Below are positions 1-11,789 of a stretch of DNA of 63,378 nucleotides, one piece after another. How positions within the stretch are numbered: position 1 is the first letter of the stretch; the number at the start of each line of letters is the position of its first letter. The notes under the pieces are model-generated. The model searched no databases. It was given only the letters and a program-made list of their open reading frames with translations, and was not told the DNA's origin. Source of the stretch: Syncephalis fuscata S228 (lineage: Eukaryota; Fungi; Zoopagomycota). The stretch lies in contig JAHLTZ010000068.1 in NCBI GenBank assembly GCA_025786725.1, forward strand, positions 1-63,378, in the 5' to 3' direction. The position numbers were made by a program, and so were the translations under genes.

Positions 1-1850
1 TTCTATATTTTTAACCAGCTGATTTCCAAACTTGGATCTAAGAATAACATCTGGTGCCATGTAGCTAGTGGTACCACACATATTATCAAGCATGGGCGCT
101 TCTGCGTTAAGTTCACGCGCTGTGCCGAAATCCGTAATTAAAATAGACGGATACTTGACTGGACGCCGAACCAGGACATTTTCTGGCTAGTGAATGGTTA
201 GAATTAAACTAATATATATTAACATAGCTAATTACCTTCAAATCTAAGCGATGGCCATTGCAACAACAATAGTTTTGTTAGTTATGTAAATAAATACCAT
301 CTTTAATTTACCACAATGTACGATGCCTTTACTATGCAAATGCTGGTTTAGAGTTAGTAACAAATCAGTAAATATAGTTGTTGCTTACCTTGACTCCTTC
401 GAGCACTTGCTTGAAAATATGCTTGGCTTCCTGTTCGGATAGCGGACCATAGCGCACGCAATAATCGAACAGGTCGCCACCAGCTGCATACTCAAACATC
501 AAGTAGTTGTGCATTTCCGTATCGCATGCATCAACTAGCTTGATTATGTTCGAGTGGCTTTGTGCAGTGGTGATCGCGTCCTTTTCTTTATTGAAACCAT
601 TTAAAATGTTATTTTCTATTGCGTTTATAACTTTCTTCTTGTCGCAGATCTTAACGGCAATGGGCGTCTTATTGCCGCGTGTTTCCCCATAATAGACGTC
701 ACCAAAAGAGCCACTAAACTAAGTTATAAACAATATGGTTTAAATTAGACAAATACCCACCTGCCAAGCAACTGCTCTGTTACAGCATATTTGCTGTCGA
801 CGACCTAACATTGTGTTAGTTGTCAGAAATTATTATAACTAAATACTATTAGCTTACTGTGCCAAAATCACAACTCTTGTCGCTAATTCTCAATTCCAGC
901 TTATTGATTTTGTATACCATAAGTACTAGTATTAGTAATGGTTAGTCTTGCTTATTGTAGATTAATAAAACTTACTATTATTTTCATCAAGCCGGACATA
1001 GCTGTTATTATTTATAATGGTTGCAGCTCCTTGCTGAATTTCTTTGCCATCCACTAAATACATAGTCAGCGCTGTGTATAATTATTATTAATTATATTTA
1101 CCAATGATGTCATTGATCATCAAATTCTAATAACGTACTTAGCACTAGTATTGATTAGTATAGCAACTACTTACTCTTAATCTCATAGCATTTCCCTTCT
1201 AAATATGTGTTATGATTGTTATTACTATTTAATACAAATTTATATGCTACTTACCATGAATATGCAAAAGTATTCGGTTTTGCTGGCACCCTGACCTTCT
1301 TCTGTGCTAAATAACATAAACCATTATATCAGTAAAAGTTGTACAATGTTGTCTATTAGTGCTATATTGAATCAAACCATAATATAGCAATGAAAGTCCA
1401 TTATTATGCGCTGTATAGCTTACTTGTTATCTTGAGAAAGGGTAAACGGCTCGCTTCGTTTTAACAGGAACTCTTTAGATATATGGTTAATTTAACTATT
1501 CATTAATAATGTGTTTACTTACCCATGCCTTCAACGCCAAATACCTCAACCCAGCCTACTGTTTCTGCCTTCTCTGCTTCACTCATTTCTGCCCATGCAG
1601 TAGGGAGTCTTTCGTAAATATCTTCTACTGAATTGTTGGACGCGATAGATGGTGAAGCAAGAGTAGACAGTTGTGCTGTTGCTGTTGCTTGAGCCGCTAC
1701 AGATAGCTCACAAGCAACAGCATTTGTAGCGGAGTGTGTATCAGGCTCGGCTACAAGTGGTAAAATAGAAGATGGCAGTAAAATGTAGGGGAAATCATTT
1801 AAAGACGAAGTAGTACTGCTACAGCTAAGTGAATTACTTGGACTGTCCAT
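1..1850 (-). CDS. Ser/Thr protein kinase, CAMK group (possibly Mek1/Chk2-like with degenerate FHA N-terminus); multi-exon, 3' end outside window
   Basis: Manually spliced exons give LLGSGSFGDVY, IAVKI, FEYAAGGDLFDY, HLHSKGIVHCDLKPEN (DLK from an 8-nt exon at 236-243), ITDFGTA and CGTTSYMAPDV. Exon 1 is the ORF starting at 1850 with a GTAAGT donor near 1521. Phases of the N-terminal exons are not fully resolved. Confidence 0.85.
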
Positions 1851-4724
1851 GATGTATATAAGTTTAGATATTCAAGAATTGTTTAAATACTGCAAGATAA
1901 AGGCAGAATGTAAGTATAATATGATAAAGGCAAGTACAGCGTCTTTACAAAAAATGAAAAAGCTTATATAGTATTATATGCTTTCAACTGACGCACACAC
2001 TTTACTTTTGATAATATCGCTACACTAGCAAGCACTGCATGTGATTCAGAGCATATTTGCGAGAGCAATATTTGCGTAACTTTGATTGAGGGCATTGATG
2101 TATTTTAAAATTTTTAATTGGCTAGTATATGAAACATACACCACCAAGCTACTGATAGCTGGACTTGCGATTTTGTCCGCGATAACGCCATCGACCGATT
2201 AGGATACGAACAGTGCGCGCACATACACTAGCGCGATTTACCCACTTCCGGTCTCAACATTCTAACTATCATCTGCGCACCAATGATAAATTATTTGTAT
2301 CGGAGTTTGAATACCAAACAATTTTATGAAAATGTTGCAGATATAAGCAATACGAGACAACAGCTCATTTGAATATTAAATAGTGTTTATTAGTCTCATT
2401 TTGTAGCCACAATGTGGCAGAATGCTTATATGAAGTTATATAAACATATACTATTGATGGTGTACGATAAATTGATTATGAACATGGACAATGTTGCAAC
2501 ATTAGTACAATTTAAACCCCGATTTAAACAGTTCGGCTTTTTGATAAAGAAAGTCGTCAGCTGGATGAAACTGTCCGTAAATGGACAGTTACACGTACTC
2601 GGAAACGCAATTTTGAAAAAACCCCAGAAATTTGGTTTATGAAAAATAAAGTGCTTGGTTTTATTTAAGGTTACTAAATACCGGTTAATATGTCAGGTAT
2701 TAATTAATTTTAAGTTGATCATGCATATTCATCAACTGATGATGTTATAAGTAGCATAATTGTTTTTAAATTCTAATACACAACACACACAGTGTGCTAA
2801 TCTTTCTAATTAGCTTGTATATTTGCTGGCACTAGTATATGCACGCTCATTAAAAAAGGTGTTACCCCGATTCAAAAGCAGCTACCCTGATTCAGTTAGT
2901 TCCGCGATTGTACTACCATGATAGGCAACTCGTATCGGCATTGCCTGTCCACACACACTGAACAATTTTCCAGTAAGCTCTACATCCGCATTCGAACATT
3001 TTTTGTTTCGCCGAACCATCGCACGGTTCAATTGGATAAAGTGGCACTCTGTCTTGCAATGACGTGCTTTCTTAGTGAGTTAGCCATGTACGCTACACGA
3101 TATCACACAGCATTCCCTTCTTTAAGCCGGTTTATTCCGCTTTTTTGTCTGTCTCATTGTGACCGATGGATTCAATTCATTGGATGGTATTAAATGCCTG
3201 CTTTCGCACTAATACATACAATGGCCTATATAAAGCACTTGCATTACTCACTGAATCCACAGCCTCAACTACGCCTTCTATTTCTACACTATTCTTTAAC
3301 TAATTCCTTAACACATTCCGTCATTCTATACATTCGTAGACTGTAATGCTAAGTATTATTCAAATATTTATATGGCACACTGTAAACTGCTTGCCTGTGA
3401 AACCATACAATATGCAACTGCTCGGCATACTTAAGCTGTCTAGAAGGAGCACTCAGTCGTTATAAATTCTTGAGACCCTTGATGGTACAATGTCAAACAA
3501 CTTAATATATGCTGTAGACCACTATGTATATTGTATGGTGGTGCTTGTATATACATTCAGGTGTGCGTATATACATATCACTATTCCTTGCTTGTGGGTG
3601 GTGTTAAGCAGTTGTCATAATGGCATTGCTGTTTTAGCAGTTAAAGCGCCTTTACTGGCACAACTTTGGTTTAAGGTGCTATACTGTCTTGTGCCATCTA
3701 AGTTGTTATTTTCAACTGCGTAAAAATGGCGATGTGGTTGTGTTGGCTGTATAATATCGCAACAGTGTGCTATTGCACTGCTGTTATTGTATTTTAGATT
3801 TCTTGTTTGTGTGTAGATGGCCTAGACGTGGGTATGGGCTCAGTGTTATTGGTTGTTCGTTTCTGTTTATCTAGTCATGTATGTCGCCTGGATGAATAGT
3901 TTCTGATATTGTTTGTGTTATAAGCAATGGTAAAACTGCAACCACGGCACATCGTGATTATGATAGCTGAAGACCGTATAGACCGACGCTGATGGGTGGG
4001 AGTCTAGGTCGTCAACATACATCAAATAGACCATTCCTGGTGCAGTTGTTTTGCTATGATTGCATGTGTACTGTTAGATATTATAGATATTTATTTAAAT
4101 TTATCAAGACGACATAGTGACCATTATAAAGGTAAATACCATTGTGTTATACTGAACACTTGCTAATATGGAACAACATACATTGATGAATGTTTGCTAA
4201 ATTGCGATTATGAATACTGTACTAGTATACACAGGTTGTAAGAATCAATATATTACTAACTGTTCAGCAATCTAATATGATCACTGCTGGAAACTTGAGC
4301 CAACGTAAATTATGCGTTCTACTCAATACTACTTCAACTCTATTTACTTATACTGGAGATGTATATGTAAACTAGAATTATAGACTTTTCTTTTTCACCA
4401 TAGTCCATATCTTTATTAATACAATAAAGCTATTTTTAGTTATATTCTATAGCATCTGTAGACAATGTAATGCCACAATGCTACTTTGAATCATAAGTTA
4501 GCATGCTAGTACAACTACAAATATATAATCCAATTAGCAGTAATATCAGTAATTTATTTAGTTAGTTGTATTACTTATACTAATAAATGTGTGCTGTGTG
4601 CTATTCCTTTTAGTTGTAGTATAAAAGTGTGTGGACCATGTTATTTATTAAATTAAACGATGTACATGATACGTGATTAACATATTTATGTATGTTATCA
4701 TAAACTATTTTATACCATTTTATC

Positions 4725-5695
4725 AACTATTTAATGTAATTTGGGAACAAATGAGTAAATATAACAGTATTTTGTTTAATTGAACTAAATATTTGTTCTA
4801 TTGAACATGGGGACGAATGGTGAGTTTTATTCAATGATCAAATCGCTTAATTATACTGTTTGTTTGGTGGTCAAACGGTTATTTTTAATAACGTTTAATT
4901 TATTGAACATGGAACTAGAAGTAATTTATCTCAAGGTCTAAAATACTCACCATTGCAGATTCATTATCCAGTATGCATATACTCAGTACGCATATATACT
5001 CTATTCAACTATATTATTTCTATTTCACTCCACATTATTATATATAATTTTATATATACTAGACGCATTTTAATTATTGTATGTTCCAATAAAGTTTTCT
5101 CTCTCCACTCATTACTCTGTATGCGCTATAGCTTCGACATCATTTATCATACACTTTTACCATATATTTATTTTATTCTATATCATTCTATACCCGCTTA
5201 GCCTCCTCTGTCTAATGTTATTTTTATTTTTGTTCTAACTTTAATATTAATAAACCTCGACTAATTTCGCTCACTGATCATGCAATATGCTCAATAACGT
5301 TAACATAGCTAATGGTCAGTCCAAATCGTATATTTTTTATGTTTTATATCGTTTTATTGTCTAATAAATACGCTCTACCTATTGCAGCTGTTGTTTTGTT
5401 CTAGTCTTATTATTAATAAATCTCAGCTCATCCATTTCATTCATTTAGCAAACTATATGTAATTGAAACCTATAAAAATATGATGTACTTCGTATAGCAT
5501 AGAATAATATATAACAGTATAAACATACACTATTGATAATATAGTTAAATAGAGAATATATGCATAATAAATAATAAATCTATGCTGATGAGTATTTGAT
5601 GACTAATGTCATTCACCACCCATCATCATGTTCAATAAATTGAATGTTATTAAACGTAGCCATTTGACCACAAAATCACATTAAATGTTTAGTAT
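4725..5695. mobile_element. Non-autonomous inverted-repeat element (MITE/foldback-like), degenerate copy
   Basis: Left arm (TTGGTGGTCAAACGG...TATTGAACATG...TTATCCAGTATGCATAT) is the inverted counterpart of 5560-5690 (CACCACCCATCATCATGTTCAATAA...CATTTGACCACAAAATCAC). Interior 5000-5295 matches the reverse complement of 31720-31990. Confidence 0.65.
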
Positions 5696-5998
5696 ATTGT
5701 ATAATAGTGTTAAACAGCACACGATATGTTATGTGCATAATAAGTGCTATTCAATTTTATAGATAAAGGTTAAAGTCTAAAGTTTGAAATTAAATGTTAA
5801 AAAATGAAATTGCAAACAGTATATATTTATTAGTACAATAACAATAACAAAAATAAATAAAACAGATAAATTAATTAATTAATAATATAACTGTAGCTCT
5901 ATTGAATATAACTAATGTAATATGTTATTATCTGTAAAACAGAAAGTTGCGTTTATTTAACATAAAGAAAATAACGATAATATTTATACTATACTGTA

Positions 5999-7423
5999 TT
6001 ATCCTACAAAGTTGGCATATCGACAGAATTCCGGATCTTTGCATAAACGATTCATTGAATCTGTATCCAATCCAATGAATACTTGGACACCATTACCATT
6101 TTGAGCTATTTTTTTGCTGTTGGAGGGTGGCGCTCTAATGATATAAGCACATACAGATAAAAGATCGCTAGGTAGACGGAATTGCATTGCTGGTCCATAA
6201 CCAAAATCAATGTCGTAAAAATCAAAACTTGTTAAATTTGTTATTAAAAAATCAATGCCCGTCAGCACTGCAAACGGATGTTGAATTCTATTTTCATCTG
6301 GCAAATCTGCCAAAAAGTTGATGGCCGACTGTAAAAACTCAGCATTTGCTGTTTCTTGTTGTTGTTTACGTAAAAGACGAGCAACATAGCCCAGTGGCTT
6401 ACTAATAAGATTTTCCACTTGATCCCATGCTTCATAGCCAAGTGAACCGTTGCCGAAATAGTTATTTGGAATAGGTGGATTAAGACGGCTACGAGCATTG
6501 ATGGGAATGCTAAGATTGGTAATTTGCTTTAAATTTAGCCTACGTGCGCGAATAGAAGCTCGCCATATTAATGCGCACAATGCATCGTTAGTAGATATCC
6601 ATGGTACATCATTATTTAGGCTTGAATCGTTGCTACAGTGGGTGGAAAAGTTTGTGTTATTGCCTCCTAATGTCAACGATGCTTCCGCTTTCAGCGTTGA
6701 AAGCTGATCACCGGTAATATTAAATAACACTAAGGGACCAAAATCATTTGGAGGATGCATCTCCTGCTCAAACCAACGAAACTCTGGATGGTTATGAGAC
6801 GGTGGGCCAGTAGCATGAATTAAATGCCGATCGAGGCATGGTAGTTCTGGCTGTGCTCCTCGTGTTATAGCAGCCCAAGTCTGCAAAAGAGTTTCAATAC
6901 TATTGCCGTCCATAACGGAGTGACGACCGGCGACTCCAATGATCACGCCTTGGTTATCACGCAGATATGTAATTCGTATTAATAAAGAGGGCGATGTCTC
7001 GTCTGGCAATATTTCACCAATAGGTTCTAATCCAAGTGGTGTGCGTGAGTGTGGCCAGTCTGGTCCAAAAACCTCGAAACCATAGGATACTTGAGTTATG
7101 TATACTGGAACACCATCTCCATTTGTTTTTCGTATTTCAAGTTTGCCATCGGGTCGACTAAATACACGACCATAAACAATTGGATACAGTTCAAGTGTTT
7201 GATGCAATGCTTTCACTAATTTGTCTACAGTCATAAATGGCTGCGACAGATTTTTGTTGCAGTAAAAATACAAGTGACGGATATAGCAACGTGGTACTAC
7301 CTCATCGGCCGGTGTAAGCAACAATGCCTTTGACAAATAGGCCGCTGACAAAGATTTCAGCATATAAGTTGGTTTGGGAATAGTTCCCGAGACTGGCATG
7401 CCAGAAAGATCGGTTATTGTCAT
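5999..7423 (-). CDS. CoA-dependent acyltransferase, Transferase family (BAHD/Tri101-like)
   Basis: Intronless ORF with catalytic HxxxDG (HSVMDG), ISTNDALCALIW, YFGN and C-terminal DFGYG motifs. First ATG at 7423. Confidence 0.92.
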   Translation of the reverse strand: MTITDLSGMPVSGTIPKPTYMLKSLSAAYLSKALLLTPADEVVPRCYIRHLYFYCNKNLSQPFMTVDKLVKALHQTLELYPIVYGRVFSRPDGKLEIRKTNGDGVPVYITQVSYGFEVFGPDWPHSRTPLGLEPIGEILPDETSPSLLIRITYLRDNQGVIIGVAGRHSVMDGNSIETLLQTWAAITRGAQPELPCLDRHLIHATGPPSHNHPEFRWFEQEMHPPNDFGPLVLFNITGDQLSTLKAEASLTLGGNNTNFSTHCSNDSSLNNDVPWISTNDALCALIWRASIRARRLNLKQITNLSIPINARSRLNPPIPNNYFGNGSLGYEAWDQVENLISKPLGYVARLLRKQQQETANAEFLQSAINFLADLPDENRIQHPFAVLTGIDFLITNLTSFDFYDIDFGYGPAMQFRLPSDLLSVCAYIIRAPPSNSKKIAQNGNGVQVFIGLDTDSMNRLCKDPEFCRYANFVG

Positions 7424-9207
7424 GATACTAGTGAGAATGCAAATATCGTGGCAAACAATCCTGTGCAACTGGGCTCTTTTTATTATATTAAATGCTAAGC
7501 TTTTGCATAATTTATTGTCGTCATTATGGCTGGGCTTTGTATTTTGTTAAGCAACAGAGACATATTGACAGTATGGCCGCTTAGCAAGTCATTGAATACA
7601 TTCTATCGATTATCATTTATAGTTATTCAATATCTATAGGTATATAGAATTAATAGGACCTAATGAATCTTATTGTAACTTTATTCATTTTGGCTCAATG
7701 GCAATATAATGTACTATTCATATGTATGTCCTGTGTATTTGCTGCAGAGTAAATAGCCAAACAATAACGAATGTTCCATTCAACATTATCATTCAAGGTC
7801 TATTAATAGCAACATATCCTGTAATCGACATTACTAAGTTGTATGGTTGTTGCCAATCCTTGTGTGTAGTGTTGGATACTCGATATGATCGTGATGCTGT
7901 TTGGCCGTTGTACGGGGAAGCACATTGGCTATGGCTATACTACTCCCACCTAAATAGCACAATAAAGCTTTTGAAATTGGCCATAGAATGAGTCAATACA
8001 CGGCTATGTAATATAAATGTATAAACACAAACACAACAAAGCATTTAAACAATAGTTTAGTAAACTGAGAAAGTACTATGAGAGAAACAAGTCAAAATCT
8101 ATAGTAAATATATTTAGAACTAAAAATAACTTAGTAATATTGTGTATTCCATATATAATGTGTATATTGTGATCAGAAAATAAATAATGTGAAATTGATT
8201 AATAATGATTGTTATAGAAAGATTGTGAATAGGTAAGTGCTAAATAAAAAATCATTGATTTATTATGCAATAATAATGCTTTTATAGCAACATTTACTGT
8301 CTAAATGCACTAGTTATATGACAGAAAGTATTCAGTAATATACAAATATACCACTACTGTCTCGCTAACGATACAAATAAAAATAAATGACACACTAATC
8401 ATTCTACTGAGTTTATCTAAGCTGATGTGTCCAGTACGCATCATGTTTGTGACAAATGTAAATCTAGGATATTAGAAAACACAAAAACTACTAGATTAAA
8501 GTGTAAATACATGCCGTAATTAAGTGGCAAACTTGCAATACGACATGGAACCGTGATGTGATGGCTGCCAAGAATACATATTATATTTTCACATACACAC
8601 ATCAAAAACAATGATGAAAGTCCGATTGGATTTAGACGTGAAGGCTGCCGACCTGTCAATTTCACCTTTTTAAAAGGTTGGCTATTTCTTCTATCATGAA
8701 CAGAATATTCCGTTTTTTGAGAAAAAGATTGGGTACTCTTTTCTTAAGGAAAGGAAAAAAAGGAGAAATAAAAATAGAATATCCAAGTAGTATTTAAATT
8801 GTTGTTAATATTAAGTATTTTAACTAACGTATTTATTTATAATATATATGATTGATATGATACATTCTTCATGTTGATTTGAGACATAACTGTAGCAAAA
8901 ACACCTCAATGGCATCTAAATGATCCGTTTAACTTTGGCCAAGTCCTCAGCAATGTTACACCAAACTGCAGCAATGACAGTGCAAATGAGACTGCCCAAT
9001 CACCGTTGACTTGTTATTTAAGGCACACACGGAAGAATTACGCCGACGACGTTGTTTATCATTTTAAAGCACCCTACGGCATATTTGTACCGACGACAAC
9101 AGGTTTTCTCCTATAGTGCTAGTGCAAATAAAGACTATTTAATCTTCTTTGCCTTCGTCTACTCTCTCTACCGATATAGGTATACAATTTTTTTTCTTCA
9201 TTCAACT

Positions 9208-11286
9208 ATGAGTTTACAGCTATATTCACTTGTTTCTGGCATATCATGGGGCGAAGTAGCAGCGGTGGCCGGTGCCATCTATTTAACACATGCGGTGCGT
9301 AGAAATAGTTTAGTGACTGGCAACCGTCTAATAAGCAATTGCTGTTGTTTATAGATAGTTAAACACGAGTTCCAAAGCCCGCTCGCCAAACTTCCCGGTC
9401 CACGGCCCATTATACTTGCCTCGATAGTGACTACAATTAAACGGCTGTTCAGCGAGGATCGTTCAAAGGTCATAGATATTCATAAGAAATACGGACCCAT
9501 TATCCGTACTGGCAAGTTCATTGGGCCACTAACCATTATATCTTACTAATTGTCTACTGTACATTATTAGGCCGAACTACCGTTTGGATATCCGATGCCA
9601 CGATGATCCGAAAGATACTCAGTTCACACAACTATAACAAAAGTCCCAACTATGACGTCTTTAACTTTGACGGCGATAATCTATTTGCTACAAGGTAAAT
9701 AGTACATATGTAATTCATTTATTGTTTAATAATGTATTGATTAGAAATATTGACTATCATCGCGTTCAAGTAAGTGCTTTATTAATAGATTAGTACGTAA
9801 TCCAACTTGATAAACTATAGAAACGTCTAATGTTACCGGCTTATACACCTAAAGCGTTAAATGATCTAGAACCGCTACTATACGATAAAGGCATATCCCG
9901 ACTTTCTGACAGACTACGTGCACATGCCATGCCGGTGACACCATTGATCTGTTGGATCTGTTGCAATGTATGACATTTGTAGGTATATAACTTTTACAAT
10001 GAATTACCATTTATTTTTCTCTCTATTCTAGGATGTTATTGGAGAGATAGGATTTGGTAAATCATTTGATTTACTACTGAGTACACACCAGCACCAGCAT
10101 CAACACCCAATCATGGAATGGATGGAAAAATCGACTGGATTAGGCGTCAAGGTAGGCAGTTTATTTAATAAACACTAGTTGCTTACACCAATTAGAAACT
10201 AATACTTGGCCCACTATTCATCCCTCATTCTTCGCTGATAAGGTTAAGGCTCAAAAGAGTCTACTTGATGTAATTATGACCAACCATCATCAAATAATTG
10301 ACTAACTAAATGTCATACTAGTTTGCCGCCCAAGCGGTAACTGAACGAAGAAAGCTTGGTAATAGTGATCGCAAAGACACGTTACAACAATTGATAGACG
10401 CTGTCGATGAAGAAACGGGAGCTAAAATGTCAGATAAAGATCTTGTAGCCGAAGCCATTCTATTAATGTTAGTCGAAGCTCTAGCAAGTAAATAGGCCAT
10501 GACTAATTTTATTATAATAATAGGATTGCCGGCACTGATACCACAGCACTTACACTTACATGGTAAGTTAACATATCATTTAAATACAGCGCAATAGCTA
10601 AACAAGTAACTTATAGGACAATGCATCAATTAATCGAAAATCCCAAGGCTATGAAACAGCTAGTTGAAGAGATTAAAACAGCCTATCCAGATCCAACTAC
10701 TAAAGTGGATCATGACACGGTCCGACACCTTCCGTATCTCGAGGCAGTATTACACGAATCGATGCGTCTACGCCCAATTCTACCACAAGGCTTGTCGCGT
10801 ATTGTACCCAAAGAAGGCATAACACTTGGTGGCTACTTTTTACCCGCCGGTGTAAGTATCTAATCCTATAATACATGCGCTATTGACTAATCTATTGGGC
10901 ATTAGACTTATGTTTATTCATCGGTGCAGACAATGCACATGAACAAAGAAGTCTTTCCTGATCCTGCTGCTTTCAAGCCTGAACGATGGCTTACAACGGC
11001 CGAACAATTAACCACAATGAAGCAGCACTGGATGCCCTTCTCAGTTGGTCCACGGGCCTGTTTAGGACGCAAGTAAGTGTTTATATTTGTTAATATACAA
11101 TTCATACTAATGAATATAATTAATGTCTATCATGGCTAGTCTGGCCTGGATGGAACTCCGTTTAGTTACCGTCGAATTAGTGCGTCACTTTACATTCACT
11201 GCACTCGAAATGATATGAGACCTGTTCATCGGTTTGTTCTACGACCCAAAGGTGGTCGATTCATGGTACAGCCTCATTGTGCCTAG
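9208..11286 (+). CDS. Cytochrome P450, multi-exon
   Basis: N-terminal membrane anchor, LPGP, HKKYGPIIR, I-helix IAGTDTT, ExxR (ESMR), PERW and heme motif FSVGPRACLG. More than ten short GT-AG introns. Apparent 1-nt deletions near 9930 and 11210. Confidence 0.93.
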
Positions 11287-11789
11287 TATCAATTAGACAT
11301 ATGGAACAAGGGCTGACCCGTGAATAGATGATAATAATAATAATAGACCATATATTGCTATTATTCAATTAGTATATAAAGTAATAATATACTGTTAGTT
11401 ATTATTTAATTAATACAATGTTATAATAAACTATCAATCTTTAATTAAATATAAATGATTTAGTAATGTTATTTATTCTATGTATTCAAAAGATAAAGCT
11501 AAACTCGTAAAATATAATTGATCATAAAGAGTATACAATACTATGAATACCTACTACTGTAGAATAGTAAACATACTGATAATAAACGTAACGAAAAGAA
11601 GAAAGAAACGTAAGAATACTAGTGTCCTATTACTTATAGGAAACAGTAGTCATTATAAATGTTATGGTGTAGAAGACAATATACCATCTCTATACTGAAC
11701 AATACAGCCATAAATCATGAATAGCTAGAATGCAAATAATAAAATAAAGGCAGCTATAATAAAGCAACGAATCAACCACATATATTAAA

